Positions 54,532-64,000 of a DNA stretch of 64,000 nt are shown one piece after another (the first letter of the stretch is position 1; each line of letters opens with the position of its first letter). Made by a program: the position numbers and the translations under genes. Under the pieces are notes generated by a model, which saw nothing but the letters and a program-made list of their open reading frames with translations, was not told the origin of the DNA and searched no databases. The stretch is from Octopus sinensis (Eukaryota), in assembly GCF_006345805.1 (NCBI RefSeq), contig NC_043001.1, forward strand, positions 67,518,001-67,582,000, read 5' to 3'.

Positions 54532-55764
54532 ATACATACATATATATACATATATACATACATATATATACATACATACATACATATATATATATATATT
54601 ATATATATATATATTAATAATATCAAAGGTTAATCAGAAATATTAGAAACTTCCATTACCAGTGGCCTAGCGTGTAAATATTTAGTCAGTAGACTATATA
54701 TTATTCATATAAATACAGTGTGCATTTAAACACATAAGAAGAATGGTCACTTGACCATTTAACACCCTACTACTATCATACTGCCTACATTCCTTCTTAT
54801 TCTCTCTTCTCTTTCTCCTTCTTCTTCTTTGTCTTCTTCCTCTCCGCTACCTCCTTCCTAACTTTACCACCATTACTGTTTCGAATAACACCTATGCAAA
54901 TTTTATAAACAAAACATTCAAAAGAGATGTCTCAAGAATTCAATCACTACTACCATCCACAACGGGTCACTTTCAGGGCACTTGACCATTTAACATACTA
55001 CTATCATGGCACTCCTGCATTATTATTCTTCTTCTCCTTCTCCTCTTCTTCTTCTTCTTCCTCCTCCTCCTCCTCTTCCTTCTTCTTCTTCTTCTTCTTC
55101 TTCTTCTTCTTCTTCTTCTTCCTTACCAAGAATTCACAACAAACTTGAACCGACGAGAGTAAACAAGAGAGACAGAGATAGACAGAAACAAGGAAAATGT
55201 TCCTTGTATTTGAATACTATGCAAATATTCTTTTAAAAAACTTTTCTTTTAATTTTTCCAAAATTTAATTGTTTTCCATACTTACAATTGAAAATGTCTC
55301 AATGACTGAAACCAGTACTAAAATGTTTTTTATAAAATTATTTTAGCATTTTCTACCTTGATATTTTTTTCCATATATATCAACTTGTGTGTTCCTTTTC
55401 GACCTTCTATATATATATAAATACACCAAAGCCACTGTCAACCTCACAAAGTTAACAATAAGATATATACAAACCACACACACCCATATTTGATTTATTT
55501 CAATATTTTTGTAAGTTTCTCAGAAGAGGCGGAGGGACAGTACCCATGACTTATCATACAGGTGAGACTGATGTGATTAATGATTAGATTTGAGTATCTA
55601 TTGGTTGGTATCTCTTGGGAAAACATTGCATAGAGTGAATTTCAAGTGTGTGTGGGCATGATGATTAAAAAGTAAGAACTGGATAAAGTGTTTAGTACAG
55701 GGAGGGGCCTGAGAAGTGAAGCATATCATGGGTGACAGGAAGATAGGAGATGATTGGTTTAGAT

Positions 55765-58621
55765 CAGGGGTCTCCAAAGTTTTCCAGCGGAGGGCCACAT
55801 TGCTGAATTTTTAAAGCTACGGGGGCCAAGGTTCTAAATTATTTATTTTACCAAAATAATATAAATAAATAGTGAATTAATAATTAAAAAAGGTTATTTA
55901 TTCAGTACATAATCACAATGTATATAATATCAGTAACAATTAACATGTTTTTTTTAACTTTGATCAATAGGGGAAACATGAAATTGTTTCATTTCTGACA
56001 AAATTTTGTCCAACTGAGGTTCAAAATGAGTGGTTCCAATAACAAGCAATGCATTTAAATGTTCATCAGACAATTGTGATCTGTAGCAGGATTTTGTGTA
56101 TTTCATCTTTGAAAAAGTCTTCTCACACAAATATGTGGTGCCAAAAACTGAAATGAATTCACAGGCAAACCTCCTTAAATGAAGAAATTGGTCGGATGGA
56201 AGGCATTTGTAGAATTCAATCAAATTTCCCTCTTTATATTTGTCCTTCAGGATGTCATTGGATTGCAAATCAATAACTTCCATTTGTAACTCAGAAGGTA
56301 AGTCTCCAATAACAGAGTTAAATGGATTTTCAAAAATTCTTAGTTTTGAAGAACATGCATCAAGATCAGAAAAACGTTCTTCAAACTGTTGTTTCAAAGC
56401 TAAAATGACATCTTGAGCAAACAAGTTTGGAAATGGAGTGGCAGCTTCCTGTCTATATTTGTCACATTGTGAAAAATGAGTAAAGCAGCTTCTTGTTAAC
56501 TGACTTTCAAATAGTATTAATTTCTTACGAAAAGCTTTCACCTTTGAGTACAAATCACAGATGAGTGAAGTTTCACCTTGTATCCGTAGGTTGAAATCAT
56601 TGAGATGCATAGTTAAATTGGCTGAAAATGCTAATTTCCAGAGCCATTCACTGTCTTTGAGCAACACCTGTGAATGGTTTTTCTCATTTAAAAATATTTC
56701 AATTTCAGTTCGAAGCTCAAAAAATCTAGCCAGAATTCTTCCATAGCTAAGCCATCTTACTGAAGTATAGTAAGGTAGGTCTGGAAACTCAGCATTCATT
56801 TCCTCCAAGAAATCACGAAATTGGCGATGTTTGAGTCCATGAGATCTTATGTAGTTAACAGTGGAAATCACAGGATCTAATACAGATGATAAATCAAGAT
56901 GCTTTCCACACAGTGCTTGCTGATGAAGAATACAATGCAATACCAAAGGTTTCAATCCACCGGAATTCTCAATTACTTTGTTAATTTGCCCAACTAAGCC
57001 CTTTTTAGTTCCACACATATTTCTGCCACCATCTGTTGTTATGCATTTTAATTTTTTCCATTCCAAATCATACTCAGCCACTGACTTTTCCACTTCTCTA
57101 AAAATATCTATGCCTGTTGTTGTTCCATGCATGCTGTGCACAGATACAAGTTCCTCAGTAATCTCAAAATTGGCATTTATTCCTCTGATGAACAATAACA
57201 ATTGGGATGTGTCTGATACATCAATTAACTCATCAAGTGCAACAGAAAAGCATACAAACTTGCTGGCTTTGTCTTTTAGCTGTGATTTAATATTTCTTTC
57301 AATATGTTCAACCCTAGGAGCAACAGTGTTCGCAGAAAGACTAATTGCGGAAAATAAATCTACATTTTCTGGACACATTTCCTTAGCTACCTCATTCAAG
57401 CACTTTTTAATAAGTTCACCATCTGTAAATGGCTTACCTTTCTTCGCCAAAAGGTTAGCAACATTGAAGCTTGCTCTTGTTGCTCTCTCTTTTTCTACAG
57501 CCTTCTTCTTGAAAACAAACTGCATTGATGATAAATTCTTCTTTAATTTGTCAAATTTCTCTTTACGTAGCTGTCCAATGAATTGGTAGTACTGTGATGA
57601 ATGCTTTTTTTCATAATGTCTCCGAATGTTGTACTCTTTAAGTACTGCAATTGTGTCAGTGCATATAACGCATAGTGCCTTGTTGTTTGACTCTATGACA
57701 AAATAGTCTATGTTCCATTGTTCCTTAAAAACTCTACGCTCAGAGTCGATTTTTCGTTTTCTTCCTTGAGCTAACATTTTTACCATGGGTCGACAGATTT
57801 TGCTCGACGATATATGTAAAAGGACGAAACAAGTAAAAACAATATTCACAGGTCACTCGATACGTGCATTCACTTCGGCAGCGACGACGACAAATGACTC
57901 ACACTTGTGCACAACGAAAACGCCAAGTCTGTGCTGACTGACGGAATGCGCATCGAACTTTACTCCACGCTGATTGGCAACTGCACCAGGATTAGAAACC
58001 ACCACACAACGTCAGGCTCAACCCTCTCTATTCATCGCTCGTGAGATGTAGGTAACATCGATAAATCGATATTTGTCTTCTTTTATTATACTAGGCACGG
58101 GACTTTTATTAACGTCATACTTGTCGTATCTGCTCTCTCGACAGTTGACGGAATAGGTTGACTTTTCTGCGACATCAATAAAGCTAGAAATTGAATCTCT
58201 GCTTCATTGTAAGCAGCACCATCCATCTCACTGACAATCGCCTATTATCTAAGATGAATGATAGGTAGCTCCATAGCGAAGTTAATTCATTTTATGGTGG
58301 TTCTGATGGGTCAGTTAAAACGGGGGGAGTGGAAAAGAACCTATATTTACACTAAAGTTTAGTGTATAAATTTTTAATTCGCCGGCGCAATTTAAAGACA
58401 TTAATTGATGGCAAATCAATTAGCGTTGTCTTGCGTCTATTTGCTGTACTATATTTGTCAAACGTATTAAAAGGGGTGTAAAGTATATTTGTTTTTGTAT
58501 GATTTCGGCAAGGCTTGTTTTTCGACATTTGTTTTATAATTTTGGAGGACAGCTCGGCGGGCCGGATTAAAAACCTTGGCGGGCCGAATCCGGCCCGTGG
58601 GCCGTACTTTGGAGACCCCTG
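55765..58621 (-). mobile_element. Full-length hAT DNA transposon (Buster/Charlie/SPIN-like), 2,857 bp
   Basis: Perfect 16-bp TIRs CAGGGGTCTCCAAAGT / ACTTTGGAGACCCCTG and a perfect 8-bp TSD GTTTAGAT (55757-55764, 58622-58629), which fits the nnnTAnnn preference of Buster elements. Confidence 0.97.
55954..57786 (-). CDS. hAT transposase (GTF2IRD2/SPIN-like), ~610 aa, uninterrupted
   Basis: N-terminal RKRKIDSERRVFKEQW and a BED-like CVIC..HY..KH. Catalytic motifs ALDE, TTDG and LCEKTFS, plus HCILH and VRWLS, are all intact. First ATG is at 57786. Confidence 0.95.
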   Translation of the reverse strand: MVKMLAQGRKRKIDSERRVFKEQWNIDYFVIESNNKALCVICTDTIAVLKEYNIRRHYEKKHSSQYYQFIGQLRKEKFDKLKKNLSSMQFVFKKKAVEKERATRASFNVANLLAKKGKPFTDGELIKKCLNEVAKEMCPENVDLFSAISLSANTVAPRVEHIERNIKSQLKDKASKFVCFSVALDELIDVSDTSQLLLFIRGINANFEITEELVSVHSMHGTTTGIDIFREVEKSVAEYDLEWKKLKCITTDGGRNMCGTKKGLVGQINKVIENSGGLKPLVLHCILHQQALCGKHLDLSSVLDPVISTVNYIRSHGLKHRQFRDFLEEMNAEFPDLPYYTSVRWLSYGRILARFFELRTEIEIFLNEKNHSQVLLKDSEWLWKLAFSANLTMHLNDFNLRIQGETSLICDLYSKVKAFRKKLILFESQLTRSCFTHFSQCDKYRQEAATPFPNLFAQDVILALKQQFEERFSDLDACSSKLRIFENPFNSVIGDLPSELQMEVIDLQSNDILKDKYKEGNLIEFYKCLPSDQFLHLRRFACEFISVFGTTYLCEKTFSKMKYTKSCYRSQLSDEHLNALLVIGTTHFEPQLDKILSEMKQFHVSPIDQS

Positions 58622-60070
58622 GTTTAGATGATGGACATATATTGCTGATTGTTTTGAAGAATAGAGACCATAGTAGAGGTGGCAGAAAGAGTAAACATTT
58701 AAGTCAGTAATTGAAGAATACTGGCAATTGACTCTGCCTAACACTCAGATGGGCTTCTATGGGGTGTGATAGAGGTTATTAGTGTATATAGCAGCAGTAG
58801 CTGCCTCCCCTGACCTTTAGATGTAAGCATTACTCCAGTATGTCACTAGTAGTTAATAAAGTCTCTTGATAGATGTTTTTTTTCATTTTTATAAAAAATA
58901 TCTTAAGACCAATCAGTCAATATTTATGAGAGCCAATTATTTATGTTTTACCCATTGATATTGATACATCACAACATCAGTGGATAAGAATAATAAATCT
59001 TCCGACAGCCTCTACAGTCATGATCAGTTGTAGATCATAGGTTTATGAAACAGCATAACCTGATCAAGAAATCTCTCAAATTACGTATTTTTCTTTTTAT
59101 TAAACTTTTGTCAACCACACTTTAAAGGCATCTTGCAGCGAGTAACATTAAAAATAAATTATTTCAGTCTTTGATATCTATATTTAGATATATTATCAAG
59201 TATGTGTATAATGTGTGTATAAGCATCTATCTGTCTGTATGTATATGTGTTCACAGGTATGGCTATGTAGTTAAGAAGCTTGCTATCCTACCATGCAGCC
59301 AGGTTCAATCTCACTGTGCAGCACCTTAGCCAAGTGTGTTCTAGTATAGCTCTGGGCTGACCAAAACCTTAAGAGAGGATTTAGTAGCTAGAATCTGAAA
59401 GAAACATGTGTGTGTCTGTGTGTGTACCCTTGTTTGGACATCACATGATGGTCGTATATGAGCATCACTGTCATACGAGTGATGTTCATTTCCACTCTTC
59501 TATGAAAAATGTGTTTGGCAATGAGGAAGTATTACTTTGCATGGAAACAGGTGAAGGTTGAACTCAGGAAGGGCAACCAGCTGTAGAAAATCTGCCTCAG
59601 CCAGAAAACTTTGACACTTAATGACATTTCGGGTAAACACTTGTTGCTGAGGGTGTTACTGTGCTCCATCTCTGAATGCAGGAGTTGATGTTTCATCAGA
59701 CAGTGAAGCACCTATGTTGGTGTTACAGCTCCTTCCACCACAACACACAAGCTGCCCAGGGCCACAGACAGATGTTGGAAATAAAACTCCATCAGCATGA
59801 GTTTTGTTGAGTCAGATGTTGTGCCTCTAGGCCAGATGTTTCTGTCATCTTCAGTTCTCATTCTTGTTGCACTATTCATCCTCTCCCTTGAGCCTGATGT
59901 AATGGCTTACTTTCTCGGTAGCTTCTGACAATTTTCTGACATCTTTTTCTCTCCTTTGCAGCTGTCCAAGACTTCTAAACAATGGGTGAATCCTTGTTCC
60001 AGTAAATCCTCTAAGTGATATGATCTTACTATCATGACTACTACACATCATACACACACACACACACACA

Positions 60071-60133
<63 letters not shown>

Positions 60134-61149
60134 CACACACTAGATGGTATCCAAAATGCTATTCTGCTGAATAGGTGAGTTGGAGGAAGAGACAAAGTAG
60201 AGATGCTGAGAGGAGGTGGGGCAATTTGTTTGGTTGGGTTCAGTTGTGGTTGAGAGGAACAGATGTTGTAGCAGTAGTGGGTGGGTGGAGGAGAGTAGAA
60301 AAGTTAGAGAAGGAACACTACATTTGAGAGATGTGTAGGAATGAGTTTAAGATACAGCTGGCTGGTCTTTCAGATGGTGTCTAAAGTGTATGTGTGTGTG
60401 TGTGTAGTAGTAGTAGTAGTAGTTACTTGCCCCACAGAGGTAAAGAGCACTCTGATTGAGAGATGGAGGGGCTTGCTTGTGATGAAATGTTTTCTATCAC
60501 AGAAAAAGGAAAAAATCTAGACATTTTGATGCAGTTTTGACATCATTAAAAATGTGCTACAACAACAGCTCGATGATATATTCCTAGAATATGATGTAAA
60601 AAAAACAAACCGAAAGATCAGAGCAATATGATAGACATCAGATGAATGGATCTTGTTCATTTCAAGGTAATAGATGACACTGATGTTTCACCTCTACACT
60701 TTTCTTCAAAATAACAAATTTAGTTGAGCAAACCATTGGTGTAAGAAGTATGGGAAGAGCACAAAAAGTAGGTGGATGTGTGGGGGTGAATGAGGAAAAT
60801 TAGAGACTGGACAGGGAGGGAAATGATAGCAAACAGGAGGTTAGTTGATATACATTAAAGATGGAGATGAGCCTTTTTTTCTTTGTACACATGGTTCCCA
60901 TGTAAAGTAGTCTAGTTGTTGGGGTGTTGGACCTGCAATCACAGGAGCATAAGATCAATTCCTGAACTGAGCAATTTGCTGTATCCTTGAGCAAAACATG
61001 TTGCTTCAGTTTTCACAGCTGTAAATGACTACCACCTGGATGTTGCTGCAGCTCTCTTCCTCCACCTGTCACATCCTTGATGTTCCACTGAGTGAAAGGT
61101 GAGCAGTCAAGAAGACATCTTTTTTTGCTTGAGACTACACAGGTACCTA

Positions 61150-61455
61150 AAACAATTGGTAAAATCATGGTACATACTACCAAGCATGGCACCTTGTGAA
61201 TGGATTTGTTACATGGAAACTGAAAGAAGCCCACCATATATATACATGTGTGTGTGTGTCTTTGCGTCTGTGTTTGTCCCCAACCACCACTTGACAACAA
61301 GTGTTGATGTATTTATGTCCAGTCAAAGAGACTAATAGAATGAATACCAGACTTAAAAAAAAAAACAAGCACTGGGGTCAATTCATTTGATTAAAAATTC
61401 TTCAAGGCAGTGCCCCAGCATGGCCACATTCTAATGACTGAAACAAGTAAAAGAA
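61150..61455 (+). mobile_element. tRNA-derived SINE 3' part, degenerate
   Basis: GGAAACTGAAAGAAGCC...CTTGACAAC...GACTGAAACAAGTAAAAG. Confidence 0.65.
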
Positions 61456-63021
61456 GCCACATTCTCTTGTGAAGGATATCCAACAATATTGTATGATGGT
61501 TTCTCTATATTATAGATTTAAATTCATATTTAATTGCATATTAAACCTCAAAAATATAATTCTTTCCTTCTCTCTTGAATCTACACAAAATTTCTTATCT
61601 ATACATAAAACTGCTATCAGTGTTATATTCTTCATTAAACAATCGAAAAAAATCTATTCAAATTTGTTAAGATGCTTGATGTCTTCTGAAAATGTTTCTG
61701 TGATGCTGTCAAGAATTTCCAGAATTCAGATTACTCATCTCTGATCCAACACACGTATTCCTTGATTTGATGTTGTGTGGAATCATGTAGCCTCAAATCA
61801 CATCAGTACATCTTTTCACCCATTTTAGAAGAGGAAGGTTAAACCTGAAGGGGATTTGATTGCCAATTGTAGCAGGTTGAGCGTCCTTAAAGAGATTCCT
61901 TTGATGATTCTTCAACTATTTGTTTGATATCTGATGTAGCCATTTATCAGAAATCCATCACAGTTCTCTTGAGCTCAATGTGTTAAAAATAGCAGCAAAA
62001 TATCCATTAAACCACAGAGTAGTCTTACAAAAGGAAAAACACTTTCAGTATTATTGTCATAGATATACAAAGAGACATGGTGGTCATGACTAGAGAACCC
62101 TTGCCCACAAACCCATTGTAACAGAGCTGACCTGGGGCTAAACAACACTTATTTAAAATGAAGTGGGGCAATGAAACAAAGTTGCCGTTTCAGTTTACAA
62201 TAAAGTCATATCTACAGGATATAATGCCTGTGGTAGTGGAGCCAACTGGTGAAGGGACCTCTATGTGGTCATTAAGTTTGCTAGAAACAATAACAAACTC
62301 TTTCTTAAATTACGCTGTACTATCTTACCAGTGAAGGATACATTTGAATCCACAATAGATGAAACACTACTTTCGACAAAGAACAATCAGTTAACAAGAG
62401 AGCTTCTGGGTGGTTGCCCAATTTGCTAGAAATAGCAACCAAATGTTCCTCAAATTACTATTTAATCCAATAACCTGCTGTTAATAATTTTTGACATCTT
62501 ATATTGTTTTCCTTCATGTCTCTATCAAATTATTCCACCGTTTCAAGCAATTTTGTACATTCTTTGTGCAGTTCCTCGTCCAAACAACGAGCAGAATCCA
62601 ATACGCCTCAAATGCTTCATTTTTATTGGAAGAAAACAAGAAAATTGAAAGCTTGAATGATTTCTAAAGATTCTTTATGTTTCAACAAAATTATTGAATA
62701 CATACAATTACAATATCTGATGGATGTTGCAAGTTTCTGCAGCCAGGCTTTCACTCTGGCTAATTATTATGTTTGTGCATATTGATTATTTAGACATCAC
62801 AAGATAAAATAAGCAGACAAAATCGGATGATGTAGTCCTTGATACACTATGTTTGAAAAAAAAAAAGGAATGGTCATGGATGGAATGTTTTTAATCATAT
62901 GTTTACTTGATTGGAGCTGGCCTTGGATTAAACAACAACCACCAACTATTTCATAGAATCCATCTACAGTTTTCAGTAGCCCATTGGTGGGTTTAAACCT
63001 TGTATGGTGGGGTAATGATCA

Positions 63022-63248
63022 TTAATCCTTTAGCATTCAGATTACTCTATTAAATGTAATGCTTATTTATTCCCTGTGTTTTGAATTATCATGCATTATC
63101 CCATAGTTTTGAGTTTTCAATAGTGTGAGTGTTTATTTATAGAATGACATTGTAAAGTAAGTGTGATAGGCCAGATCTGGCCATTTTTCACATAAAACAG
63201 GTAGAATATTTAGGTCAGTTATGACCAGTTTAAATGCAAAAGGGTCAA
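63022..63248 (+). mobile_element. piggyBac-like MITE
   Basis: TTAATCCTTTAGCATTCAG...AAATGCAAAAGGGTCAA, homologous to 42145 and 48566. Confidence 0.55.
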
Positions 63249-63854
63249 ACACTACCTTACAAAAATTTAATCCAATGAAATGGCAACCTAATCTCCATTA
63301 ACTCATGGCCTAAAACTTAAAAAAAGGGAAGACACATTGTTTATACCAGACTGAAGTCTTCTGTCTTATGTGTCTTCTTCCATAGATATAGATCAATTAA
63401 AGACTTGTTTATGAAATCTGTTAGGTGGAAATGTAAAATCTTGTTAGTGAGACTTTCTGTTTTTCCAAGTAGACTTCACATTGAATAGGTTTAACATCAC
63501 TATCTCATGATTTTTGGCTGTTTTTAATAGAGACCACTTTATTGTTGTTGCTTTATTTCTTTGGTTTAGAGCAATGGTCCTCAACCATTTTTTACCTATG
63601 GATCCCACCTTGATTCCTACTTTGTTTGGTTGGACCTTTATAACCATTCACTGTTTAAAAAATTTTGTTATATTTTTAGGATCAAATATTATTAGAAATT
63701 GAATAAAAAAATTAAAATATTTTGTGTATTGTAGAAGTATAACCAGTTATATGGACCCCTAAGGGGTCTAGAGGAATGGCCAGTACCCATAGATTTTCAC
63801 AGATTTTCTGAGATGGGTGAATAACTGCAAGTTGATGGCAGCAGTAAAAAAGAA

Positions 63855-63856
63855 AA

Positions 63857-63904
<48 letters not shown>

Positions 63905-63947
63905 AAGAGAGAGAGAAAGAAAGAGAGAGAGAGAAAGAAAGAAAGAA

Positions 63948-63981
<34 letters not shown>

Positions 63982-63982
63982 G
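63855..63982. repeat. (GA)n/(GAAA)n microsatellite, representative of dozens of (TA)n, (CA)n, (TACA)n, (TAA)n, (GAT)n and (TTC)n tracts in the window
   Basis: Seen directly in the sequence. Confidence 0.95.
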
Positions 63983-64000
63983 GCATTAAGAGATTTCTTG

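Noticed and set aside
56978-57589. 203-aa plus-strand ORF
   Set aside because: It is the antisense shadow of the hAT transposase.
59956-59990. Possible 24-nt microexon after a strong polypyrimidine tract
   Set aside because: No supporting neighbouring exons or homology, and such motifs arise readily by chance.
61015-61105. Exon candidate with strong AG/GT sites
   Set aside because: It has stops in all frames and overlaps a decayed SINE.

Overview
This is an AT-rich, microsatellite-laden animal genomic window, essentially all repeats. The SINE and LINE families look like those of coleoid cephalopods (Octopus-like); that assignment is from recognition, not a search. No host gene could be identified with confidence. 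Main content: (1) an intact 2,857-bp Buster-type hAT transposon with 16-bp TIRs, an 8-bp TSD and an open ~610-aa transposase; (2) a head-to-tail trimer of one Helitron family (22072-30789), whose middle unit carries a Rep-deleted, twice-nonsense Rep/Pif1 helicase, plus other Helitron pieces; (3) RTE LINE fragments and many copies of their 3' UTR, tRNA-derived SINEs, a Tc1 remnant, a solo LTR, MITEs, a Penelope-like 3' end and a U6 pseudogene fragment. The most notable signal is two unrelated non-coding elements (361-1167 and 53550-54500). Each contains a canonical type I hammerhead ribozyme with a long stem II, a palindromic stem III and a GUA cleavage triplet. Each has an inverted second copy of the ribozyme region and sits between (TA)n tracts. 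The second has a 488-bp repeat period. These look like retrozyme or Penelope-dependent self-cleaving retroelements.
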